Virus record (IMG/VR): IMGVR_UViG_3300037308_000126
Span: 1-26,326 of that record
From: a virus
Lineage: Duplodnaviria; Caudoviricetes
Length of the DNA: 26,326 nucleotides
Reading direction: 5' to 3' (one strand)
Both the position numbers and the translations under genes were made by a program. The notes under the pieces are model-generated. The model worked only from the letters and a program-made list of their open reading frames with translations, did not search any database and was not told where the DNA came from. Positions 8,313 to 16,378 of the stretch are shown here, piece by piece (the stretch's first letter is position 1; every line of letters begins with the position of its first letter).

Positions 8313-11300
8313 TTACCTCCGCCGCCGGATGTGCTCGGCAACACGCAGTGCCAGCATCTCCATGTCAATATCATTGCTAATCTGTCCCACCGGCACCGTT
8401 ACGTAGATCGGCTGGCTGACTGGGCTATTCAATGCAGCGGCTCGGCTCAATGCCGCCATCGCATCCTGCCGCGTCAGCGCGTATCCCGGCATCTGCGGCA
8501 CGATCACCTCTGGCCTGGTAAATCCGCTTTCATTGAGCAGATACGGCACCCCCGGAAACAACGTTCCGCCGCGTGCGCGTCCAATTTTTCTGGGAGTTGG
8601 TTTCGGATTTACCCCTTTGGGTGCGCCGCCCGGACTGCCGCCGCTGTTCGTACCTCCACCCCCCCCGACGGTCGGAATACGAATGTTCGGGACATTGATC
8701 CCCGTGATCGCCTCAATCACTTCTCGCACCTTGTCCAGTATCCCGTTCAACGCCGTGATCACATCGTCGCTCACCGTCTGCATCCCCGTCTTAAGCGGCG
8801 CTCCGATATTCGGCCCGTATTGCGCCATGATATTCTGCATGCTCCCCATCGCCGTTTGCGTCTGAATGGCCATGTCCCCTATCGCCCTTGCAGCCGTGTC
8901 AGAGTCTCTGACAAAGCCGCTCGTCATTACCCCGAACGATTCCCGCGCCATCTGCGCCTGCGTCTGCATCGCGCCGGCCATCGTCTGCGCGGACCTGGCC
9001 ACCTCGCCGCCCTTCATGCTCGCCAGCCGTGCTGCCTCCGCGTAAGCCATCCCGATCGGCCCCACAATCTCTTCCGGCGTCCGCTCCGCGCGTTCCTTCA
9101 CCTTGTCCAGCGCGCCATTCATCCGGTCCGAAAACGCCTCAATGTTCTGATCCTGCGCCAGTTGCGCTGTAGCCCCCAGCACGTTTCGCGTCGCGTCTGC
9201 CGTCGCCGCGTCGATCAACCCCCACTTCTCAGCCAGCATCGTCAGCGCATTCGCCTCAGTCGCCGTCAAACCATCCGCCGCCACTTGCTCGGTCGCCATG
9301 TCGAACAGAATGCGCTTCAGGCGCTCGTCGTAAGCAGCGGCATTATCCTGCAACGCCGTGTTGAGATCGCTAAACTCGCCTTTGATCTCGCTCAACCGCT
9401 TAGAATGATCGCCATATGAATCTTGTAATTTCTTCTGCTCATCGCGCAGCGCCGCCATTTTCTCTCTGAGTTCATCCTGCGCTGTCTTGAACTCGTCGTA
9501 AGTTGTCCCCACCTCACCGCCAATCAGCGCCCGCAGTTGATCGAGTTGAGATTCTGCCGCCGCCGATTCATCCGCTGCCTTCCGTTGCGCCTCCGCATAC
9601 TCATTTGCCTTGTCAATCGCCTCTTGCGTGGCGTCGCCCAGTCCGCTCAGTGTCTTGGCCTGATCATCCGCCGCCGCTTCAATCGTCGACATCCGCCAGG
9701 CCAGCCGCTCCGTCTCGTCCACCATGCCACGCGAAGCCCGCAGACCATCGTATTGTGCCTTATTCAGCGCATATTGCGCCTGCACCACCCGCTCGATCCG
9801 TCCGCCCATCCCGCTCATCACCTGCACTAGATCGCCGGCCGCATTGATTTCGTAACCCGCCGCCCGCGCCGTCGCCTCAATCGACGAGCGGTAATCATTA
9901 TAATCGCGCGCCCCGGCCTGAATCTTCTGATGCGTCGCGTCCAGCACACCGCGCAGCCGGTTGCTCCCGTTCGTCACGATCTCGATCGACGCCCCCGCCC
10001 GGTTGAACGCATCCTCAATCACGTTCCCCGTGTCCGAGTTCGCCATCTTAATCAGTTCGTCATTGGTCGCCTTCGCCGCCCGCGCCGCCGCCTCGAAAAC
10101 CTTGATCATGGCAATCAGCCCCGCCACAATCAACCCGATCGAGGCCGCGGCTGCCGCTCCGGCTGCGCCGGCCTCCCACAAATACTGCACCACCTCAAAA
10201 CCCGTCCTGGCAAAACTCCCGGCCAGTTTTGCCGCCGTGCCCAGCGCACCGCCCAGCGACGTCATCAAACTCACCACCGTGCCCAGCGTCGAAATCAACC
10301 GTCCGCCGATGCTCAACACCGGCCCGATCGCCACCGCGATCAACCCGATCTGTACGATCGTCTGCTGGGTATTGCGGTCGAGCGACGTAAACCACTCCGT
10401 CACCCGGCGCAGCGTTTCGGAAAGTTCCTTGAGGATGGGAATCACCACCGGCAGAATCGCATTCCCCAGCGCGATGAGATTGCTTTGCACGCCGGACATA
10501 GCCTGATCGAATTGAAACTTTGCCGTTTGCGACGACGCCTGAAAAGCGCGATCGGCATCGCCCGTGGCATTCGCTAGCCGGCCGAAAATTCCAGACACTT
10601 GCTCGGCGTTCTCGCCCACCAGCGCCAGCATGCCGCGAAACCCGCGCACATTGGGGAAAATCTTCGCCAGCGCCTCGTCATCCTGCCCGACCGTATCGCG
10701 CAGCAGCGTCAGCACATCCAGCAGACCGCCCGGGCGAGCGGCCATCTCACGCAACTGCTCGCCAGACAGGCCAAACTGCGCCAGCACCTCGGCGGCCTGC
10801 TTCGAAGGCTTGAGAAAGGCCGACATGATCCCGGATAGATTCGTCGCAGACTCTGCTGCGTCAAACCCCACCAGCGTCATACCGGCCAGCGCCGCGCCAA
10901 CCTGATCGAACGAAATCCCCAGTTCAGCCGCCACCGGGATCGCGCGCCCCAGCGCCGGGGCAATCGCAGCCGCCTCGGACTTTCCTTCGCGCACGGTCGC
11001 CACCAGAATATCAGTCGCCTTCGACGCCTCCAGGTTGGATGTCCGATAAGCGTTCATCGCCGAGGTGATGGCGTCTGCCACCACCTGCGTCTCGCCCAGC
11101 CCGGAGGCCGCCGCCTTCGCCGACTGGCGCACAACCTCCAGTGCCTTGCCCGATTCAACCCCGGACGATGTTACCTGGTACAGCGCCTCAGATAACTCCC
11201 TCGGTGCGCGCCCAAGTTCCGGCCCCATCGCCCTCAAATCCTGCGACCACTCGTTAACCTGCCGCTGACTGATGCCCACCAGCCCAACGATGTGCTGCAT

Positions 11301-11528
11301 GGATTCCTCAAACTCCATGCCCATCTTGCTGGCCGCTACGCCGGCCGCCACCAGCGGCAGCGTAATCGCCGCCGTCATCTCGTCGCCGGCGCTCTTCAGC
11401 TGCCCGCCAATCCGCTTCGTCGCCTTCTCAAACGCCGACAACTGGCTGACCGCCGCATCCACGCCGCGCTTCACTCCAGAGAAATCAATCTCGATTTTCC
11501 CGAAGGCCGACCCGACTTGTACGCTCAT
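8313..11528 (-). CDS. Tape measure protein (1071 aa)
   Basis: Long Ala-rich helical ORF with a TP901-type core (MTAAITLPLVAAG..FEESM, ATDILVATVREGK, ELGISFDQ) and C-terminal RARGG...YLLNE..RPEV. Confidence 0.95.
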   Translation of the reverse strand: MSVQVGSAFGKIEIDFSGVKRGVDAAVSQLSAFEKATKRIGGQLKSAGDEMTAAITLPLVAAGVAASKMGMEFEESMQHIVGLVGISQRQVNEWSQDLRAMGPELGRAPRELSEALYQVTSSGVESGKALEVVRQSAKAAASGLGETQVVADAITSAMNAYRTSNLEASKATDILVATVREGKSEAAAIAPALGRAIPVAAELGISFDQVGAALAGMTLVGFDAAESATNLSGIMSAFLKPSKQAAEVLAQFGLSGEQLREMAARPGGLLDVLTLLRDTVGQDDEALAKIFPNVRGFRGMLALVGENAEQVSGIFGRLANATGDADRAFQASSQTAKFQFDQAMSGVQSNLIALGNAILPVVIPILKELSETLRRVTEWFTSLDRNTQQTIVQIGLIAVAIGPVLSIGGRLISTLGTVVSLMTSLGGALGTAAKLAGSFARTGFEVVQYLWEAGAAGAAAAASIGLIVAGLIAMIKVFEAAARAAKATNDELIKMANSDTGNVIEDAFNRAGASIEIVTNGSNRLRGVLDATHQKIQAGARDYNDYRSSIEATARAAGYEINAAGDLVQVMSGMGGRIERVVQAQYALNKAQYDGLRASRGMVDETERLAWRMSTIEAAADDQAKTLSGLGDATQEAIDKANEYAEAQRKAADESAAAESQLDQLRALIGGEVGTTYDEFKTAQDELREKMAALRDEQKKLQDSYGDHSKRLSEIKGEFSDLNTALQDNAAAYDERLKRILFDMATEQVAADGLTATEANALTMLAEKWGLIDAATADATRNVLGATAQLAQDQNIEAFSDRMNGALDKVKERAERTPEEIVGPIGMAYAEAARLASMKGGEVARSAQTMAGAMQTQAQMARESFGVMTSGFVRDSDTAARAIGDMAIQTQTAMGSMQNIMAQYGPNIGAPLKTGMQTVSDDVITALNGILDKVREVIEAITGINVPNIRIPTVGGGGGTNSGGSPGGAPKGVNPKPTPRKIGRARGGTLFPGVPYLLNESGFTRPEVIVPQMPGYALTRQDAMAALSRAAALNSPVSQPIYVTVPVGQISNDIDMEMLALRVAEHIRRRR

Positions 11529-11570
11529 GACCCTTACCCAGTATCCTGATTATCGGAAGAATTCAGCCCG

Positions 11571-11858
11571 CTACCAGACGCCTGAATCCGGTATTCGCAT
11601 CGTCCGCATCGGCCCCAACTGCCGGATGTCGGCGAACTCTCGCCGCGCTCCGTTTTCATCCGCTGGCGTGTCCAGAATCGATCGCAGCGATCGTTTCTTT
11701 TCCAGTTCCTCGTCGACGTGACGCGCCAGGCGCAGGCAGGCCGCGTCCAGTTGATACGCTGCCCACTCGTCCTCCAGACCGACGATCGCGCTAGGCCGGC
11801 TGTGATACTCCGTCGCCACCAGATGCAGGTTCCACAACGCCCGCTTGTTCTTCACGAA
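11571..11858 (-). CDS. Tail assembly chaperone, second (gpT-like) frame, probably reached by frameshift
   Basis: Overlaps the end of the gpG-like ORF in the +1 frame and lies directly before the tape measure gene. Contains LW..AT.Y..RPS.I.GL.D...AYQLD.A and has no clear SD of its own. Confidence 0.7.
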   Translation of the reverse strand, partial: FVKNKRALWNLHLVATEYHSRPSAIVGLEDEWAAYQLDAACLRLARHVDEELEKKRSLRSILDTPADENGARREFADIRQLGPMRTMRIPDSGVW

Positions 11859-12207
11859 AGGGGGTGATGGCATTGGCGACCCCGTTCGCCCAGTTGAAGA
11901 TCGCCATCCGGTCCAGCGTGTCCAACTCGTCCAGCGTGATGTGCGTGTCATCCGGCTCATCCGCCAGCGGCGGATCCACCAGGCACGCCTGCACGACGAT
12001 ATTGATCAGCGGCATGAATTCCTTGACATCCGCCACGCCAAAGCCGCTGCCGGTCGCCCGTTTGGTCAGCGCATCCAGCGTCTCAGGAATGCTGCCGCGT
12101 GTCACCAGATCGAGCAGGGCCACCTGCCGCAGTTGCACCTCAAGCCCACTCGGAAGGGCCACCGCCGTCGTAGCCTGTCGCTTCGTGCGCCACTCATTCA
12201 ATTTCAT
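11791..12207 (-). CDS. Tail assembly chaperone (gpG-like, 138 aa)
   Basis: Lies between the major tail protein and tape measure genes. ATG 12207 has a GAGG SD; sequence VALPSG...LLDLV..G.IP..L. Confidence 0.8.
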   Translation of the reverse strand: MKLNEWRTKRQATTAVALPSGLEVQLRQVALLDLVTRGSIPETLDALTKRATGSGFGVADVKEFMPLINIVVQACLVDPPLADEPDDTHITLDELDTLDRMAIFNWANGVANAITPFREEQAGVVEPASGGDGVSQPA

Positions 12208-12220
12208 GTTTAGCCTCATT

Positions 12221-12258
12221 CCCTCCCCCGTAGAACGGGGGAGGGTTAGGGTAGGGGG
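12221..12258 (+). repeat. Hairpin/G-tract dispersed repeat, immediately after the major tail gene
   Basis: CCCTCCCCCGT-AGA-ACGGGGGAGGG followed by TTAGGGTAGGGGG. Confidence 0.9.
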
Positions 12259-12259
12259 A

Positions 12260-12781
12260 TTAACTCGCCGGCAGTGACGCCGCTGTCTCATTCATGACAA
12301 TATCCACCACGGATGTCGCCGTGCTGTCGTACACGGCAATCCCGCTGAGCTTAGCCACGTAGAACTCGCCATACTGGAACTGTCCCTCGATGTTCCCCGT
12401 GATCTTCGCCCGGTGAATCTTCACGTGCACGTCGTCGGATCCCTCCCCCAGAATCTTCCCGTATATCTTGAAGTACGGGAAGGCCGTTGCTGTCAACATC
12501 TTCAGCGTGTTGACCTGGTTGGGCGTGCTCCCGCTGGTCGTCGCCGTGAAGCCCGTCATCAAAGCCAACGCGTCCAGCGAAATGCCGCCTTCCTCAAACG
12601 ACCACTCGATCGCCTCGATCGCTGATCCCACCGAGACAATCTGATCGTTCCCCTTCAACTCACCGCCGATCAGGCGCGGCGTAAACGTCAGCGTTTGCGC
12701 CGCGCGCAGGTTCACCACCACCGCACTCCTCACCAACCTTATCGCGTTCAGCCCGAAGGGCTTTGCTGTATCCCAAGCCAT
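12260..12781 (-). CDS. Major tail (tube) protein (173 aa)
   Basis: Size and position before the chaperones and tape measure; strong TAAGGAG SD; tube-like sequence (LKGNDQ, ISLDALALMTG, PYFKIYGK). Confidence 0.85.
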   Translation of the reverse strand: MAWDTAKPFGLNAIRLVRSAVVVNLRAAQTLTFTPRLIGGELKGNDQIVSVGSAIEAIEWSFEEGGISLDALALMTGFTATTSGSTPNQVNTLKMLTATAFPYFKIYGKILGEGSDDVHVKIHRAKITGNIEGQFQYGEFYVAKLSGIAVYDSTATSVVDIVMNETAASLPAS

Positions 12782-12837
12782 GTTGATCTCCTTATTGTGA
12801 TTGAATTGCTCGCGTGTCGTCGAACCATCCAGCCGCG

Positions 12838-13713
12838 CTAACCCATTTCAGTGCGATGGCCCACCTCCTCGCGGAAATCCCGCCCCTCATACGCCGCCGG
12901 CGTCAGCATGCCGTCCAGCGCCAACTCAGCCGCGCGGTCCGCGCCAACCAACAGCGCCAGCGCATCATCATCCGCTACCACAAAATCGACGCCCGGCTGC
13001 GTCAGCATCTCCTGCACCATCGTCACGTCGTCAACCTCTTGAATATCGCCGTGCCTGAATCGATACGCGCCAAACTCGCGCACGGTGGAACTGCCCACAT
13101 ATCTAATCCGCATACTATTCCTCATCTCCTTGGACAATTCCAGGCAGGCCACGGCCTCCGCTCGATCGCCCAGGTACTCGGCGTCACGGCAGTCCTCAAT
13201 CGGCGCTGGCTGATACACGTCATTCAGCCGCCGATACGCCGTGATGCTGCGTCGCGTCCATCCCGCAAAATACCACTCCACCTCGTCCAGTCCAAAGACC
13301 CGCTGCCCTCCGCCCGGATGGGTCGTAATCTGCGCCCGACCCACGGGGAACGTCACCAGAAACCGCCCCTGTGGCTTCAGGACGCGCCGTATCTCGGAAA
13401 TCACGCGCTCCAGGGCGTTTTTGTCTGCCAGATTGCCGTAGGCAGCCAATCCGACGTGATCCAGCGTGCTAATGCACGTCACCACGTCGAATAGAGCCGT
13501 CCACCACGCCGGCATTTGCGCTGCATTGACGATCTCCACCTCGATCGGCGCCGGAGCCTCGAACACGCGCGTGTCTGCCGCCACAATCCGCCCTGGCCAG
13601 TTGACGATCAACTCCGCGTGATACGGCGCTCCTGCGCTGCCTACATCCAGCAGCGCGCCCGGTCTCCCCAACCGGCTCAACATCCACGGCACTTCCACCA
13701 CCCGCTCGTTCAT
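12838..13713 (-). CDS. Class I SAM-dependent methyltransferase fused to a ~91-aa small phage-type domain
   Basis: Motifs LLDVGSAG, FDVVTCISTLDHVG and EIRRVLKPQGRFLVTFP. The C-terminal part starts MRIRYVG at 13113 behind its own SD. ATGA overlap with the glycosyltransferase stop. Confidence 0.85.
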   Translation of the reverse strand: MNERVVEVPWMLSRLGRPGALLDVGSAGAPYHAELIVNWPGRIVAADTRVFEAPAPIEVEIVNAAQMPAWWTALFDVVTCISTLDHVGLAAYGNLADKNALERVISEIRRVLKPQGRFLVTFPVGRAQITTHPGGGQRVFGLDEVEWYFAGWTRRSITAYRRLNDVYQPAPIEDCRDAEYLGDRAEAVACLELSKEMRNSMRIRYVGSSTVREFGAYRFRHGDIQEVDDVTMVQEMLTQPGVDFVVADDDALALLVGADRAAELALDGMLTPAAYEGRDFREEVGHRTEMG

Positions 13714-14798
13714 CTCACGCCCTCGTAGATCGCGCTCAGCAGGCCGGCCGCCGTCCGCTCAAAAGTCGCATTCTCGCGCAGCCACATCGCGGCCTCGCGC
13801 CCAAAATCGCGCGCTTCCGTCTGATGCTCAAAACACCACTGCATCAGTTCCACCGTCTGCTCCATGCTCGGCTCCGCCCACTCGCCAATGTCGTCCCACC
13901 AGCCATACTCGGCAGGCAACATGCCGGCAATCCCGATCGGTAATCCCCACCGCTCGATCTCCTCGGCCAGTCCGCCGTAATTCGTCGCCAGCACCGGCAG
14001 CCCGGTGGCCGCCGCCTCGCGTGGCGGCGACCCCCAGCCCTCCCCGCGCGAAGAAAACACAAAACAATCTGCGTCGGCCAGCATCGCCCGTAAATCAGGC
14101 CGATCGAACCTCCCGATCGTCACCTGCACATTCGGATCGCCGAACCGTGGATTGGCTGGCAGCGGGTCCCTGAAATGCAAATGCAGCCGCACCCGCTTGT
14201 CGTGCCCGAATGCCTGGCAGAACGCCCTGTACGCCACGTCCCACCCCTTGCGCCTGTCCGCCGTCCCGCTCCACAAAAACGTGTACGGCCTCTCCCCCTC
14301 CACTGTCGGATGCAGTTGCTTGTCATTCGACGGGGGAGGGCTGGGGTGGGGGTTCCTCTCCATCAGCCAGTAATCCTCCGGATCGATCCCCCACTTCACC
14401 ACCTCGATCGGCACGCTCACCCCGTTGTTCACAAACACCTCTGCGCACCACGCGCTCGGCACCAGGCACGCCTGTGCATTGGCATTGATCAGATCCGCCC
14501 ATCCCGCTGGCAGTTTCGTCGCCTCAAACATCGTGTAGGCGATCAACCCATCCGCGTGAATATATGGCAGCCAGTCCGGTGTACACAACGCGATCGCGTC
14601 TCCCGCCACGTTCCATTCACGATCCCCCGCCACGCCAAATTCATTTCCCTCTCCCAGTGGGAGAGGGGTGGGGTGAGGGTGAACCCGCATGTCGATCATC
14701 TGCACACCCGGATCGATCCGCTGCAACTGCCGCGCGATCCGCATCGTTGCGTACCCGTACCCGTCCAGCGGCACGTGAAACCCCATGAAACTCAGCAT
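13710..14798 (-). CDS. GT-B fold glycosyltransferase, GT4-like (362 aa)
   Basis: RRKGWD; ADCFVFSSRGEGWGSPPREAAATGLPVLATNYGG contains the EX7E motif; also YTMFEAT, LVPSAW and WGID. Confidence 0.93.
   Translation of the reverse strand: MLSFMGFHVPLDGYGYATMRIARQLQRIDPGVQMIDMRVHPHPTPLPLGEGNEFGVAGDREWNVAGDAIALCTPDWLPYIHADGLIAYTMFEATKLPAGWADLINANAQACLVPSAWCAEVFVNNGVSVPIEVVKWGIDPEDYWLMERNPHPSPPPSNDKQLHPTVEGERPYTFLWSGTADRRKGWDVAYRAFCQAFGHDKRVRLHLHFRDPLPANPRFGDPNVQVTIGRFDRPDLRAMLADADCFVFSSRGEGWGSPPREAAATGLPVLATNYGGLAEEIERWGLPIGIAGMLPAEYGWWDDIGEWAEPSMEQTVELMQWCFEHQTEARDFGREAAMWLRENATFERTAAGLLSAIYEGVR
14296..14352 (+). repeat. Hairpin/G-tract dispersed repeat, in-frame within the glycosyltransferase
   Basis: CCCTCCACTGTCG...CGACGGGGGAGGGCTGGGGTGGGGG; the last 25 nt are identical to 1423-1447. 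Encodes PHPSPPPSNDKQLHPTVEG. Confidence 0.88.
14647..14679 (+). repeat. Hairpin/G-tract dispersed repeat, second in-frame copy in the glycosyltransferase
   Basis: CCCTCTCCCAGTGGGAGAGGGGTGGGGTGAGGG; encodes PHPTPLPLGEG. Confidence 0.88.
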
Positions 14799-15209
14799 CT
14801 ATTTCATCCTCGTCGCGTAATACCGGCTCATCCCCAGCGAGCACTGCAGCGCGTCGTCCGTCTGCTCGTTGATGTCGTCGCTCCACTGCACATCCCACAC
14901 GTGATCCGCCACCTTCACGCGGTTCAATAGCGCCAGCGTTCGCAGCATCGCCGCCTCGATCGTGTCAAAGCCGTCCCGCTGGTAGAAATAAATCTCTACC
15001 GCCGTCCTGGCGCTGGTCGCATACGGCCCTGTCTGCACGTCGCTGCTCACGCGCACCAGCGCGCACGGTTTGATTTCCGCATTCGCATCGAACGCGCCCG
15101 GCGTATTCTGCCGGCTGATTTCCGTCGCCGCGTGCACACCGCCCGTCAGAAACGCCATCAACGTCGTATCTGCCTGCAATAGCGTCACAATCGAATCGCG
15201 CAATCCCAT
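14799..15209 (-). CDS. Probable tail terminator / tail completion protein (136 aa)
   Basis: N-terminus I..LLQAD.TL.A.L.GGV is typical of SPP1 gp17/DUF3168-like proteins; size fits; GGAGG SD. Confidence 0.65.
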   Translation of the reverse strand: MGLRDSIVTLLQADTTLMAFLTGGVHAATEISRQNTPGAFDANAEIKPCALVRVSSDVQTGPYATSARTAVEIYFYQRDGFDTIEAAMLRTLALLNRVKVADHVWDVQWSDDINEQTDDALQCSLGMSRYYATRMK

Positions 15210-15215
15210 CGTTCA

Positions 15216-15243
15216 CTCCTCCCCTTTTTCTTAGGGGGTGAGG
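15216..15243 (+). repeat. Degenerate hairpin/G-tract repeat overlapping the SD of the tail terminator gene
   Basis: CTCCTCCCCTTTTTCTTAGGGGGTGAGG. Confidence 0.5.
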
Positions 15244-16368
15244 TCAAGTAAACTTGTACAGATCCTCAAACGCCCACCGCGCCAGGTGCTGCGCAATCTG
15301 CGCTTTCGTCAAATCGATCAGCACATTCCCGCCGATGGACTGCTGGAACGTATCCATCTCCGGCCACGCCTGCGTCCCGTTCATCCAGCCGCGCAGCGAC
15401 TCGCCGAACTCCTTCTCGTCCATCAGTACCGCCGTCTTGTAGCACAGACATTGCACGTGAATCGGCAGCGTGATCGTTCCGACCGCGTAGACACCCTTCC
15501 CATTTTCACCGCCGGTCACCACCGTGTCGCATTCATCCTCCACCGGGTGCGCCCCGCTCAAATGAATCTGCTCGCGCTGTACCCACGGCATCTGTTGCAG
15601 CACGGCGTCGGTCGCCATGTGGTGGATCGCCTGAATCTCGTTGCGCGCCAGGCGCAGCGCCTTGTACGCCACGCCCTGCCCCGCGCAGGCATCCTTGCTG
15701 TACAGCCCGGTGCGCCGCCCGGCCGCGATCTCCTTCTTTGAAATCTTATACAGCCTGGTGCGCGTCCAGCGTGGACAATTCTGCCCGGCCCCCAGATACT
15801 GCTCCAGCGCTTCGGCGATGTCCCACGCGCTGGCCCCGTTAATGGCTCCGGTGTTAATGATGTTCTCAATCTCGCGCAGCGATTCGTAATCCAACTGCCA
15901 CACCCGTCTGCTCAGGTTCAGCCCGTCCTTGTACACGCGCCGGTTCGCCGCCGCGCGCACCGCATCCACCTGCGGGTTGAACACAAAATCGACGACGTTG
16001 ATCCGTTCACTCAATTGCTTCTCAGCCCGGGTAAACGCCGGTTTGAAAAACTTCTCGTGATACACCGCCATCATCCCGAATGGCAGGCACGCCGCCTGCG
16101 TGCGCATCTCCTCAAACAGCGCTTTCCACTCGTCGAAGAACTTGCGCCACTGGCGCTCGATAACCTGCTTGGCACGGTACAATCCCATCCCGTCGATCGT
16201 GCTATCCCCTCGCGCCTCGCCGATCACCGCTCCTTTCATTTTCTTGCCCAGACTCAGCAGCATCCGGTGCGTCTCGCCCGTCATGTACAGGTGCATCCGC
16301 AGCACCGCCTTTTGCTGCACACGGTGCACCTGCCAGAGCGGAATATCGGCCAGTGTTTTGCTTCCCAT
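15244..16368 (-). CDS. Minor head morphogenesis protein, MuF / SPP1 gp7-like (~374 aa)
   Basis: Follows the portal. Motifs LSRRVW, ALRLARNE, DECD and PIHVQCLC (an HPNCRC-like variant). ATG 16368 lies 10 nt after the portal stop. Confidence 0.85.
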   Translation of the reverse strand: MGSKTLADIPLWQVHRVQQKAVLRMHLYMTGETHRMLLSLGKKMKGAVIGEARGDSTIDGMGLYRAKQVIERQWRKFFDEWKALFEEMRTQAACLPFGMMAVYHEKFFKPAFTRAEKQLSERINVVDFVFNPQVDAVRAAANRRVYKDGLNLSRRVWQLDYESLREIENIINTGAINGASAWDIAEALEQYLGAGQNCPRWTRTRLYKISKKEIAAGRRTGLYSKDACAGQGVAYKALRLARNEIQAIHHMATDAVLQQMPWVQREQIHLSGAHPVEDECDTVVTGGENGKGVYAVGTITLPIHVQCLCYKTAVLMDEKEFGESLRGWMNGTQAWPEMDTFQQSIGGNVLIDLTKAQIAQHLARWAFEDLYKFT

Positions 16369-16378
16369 AATCTCTCTA

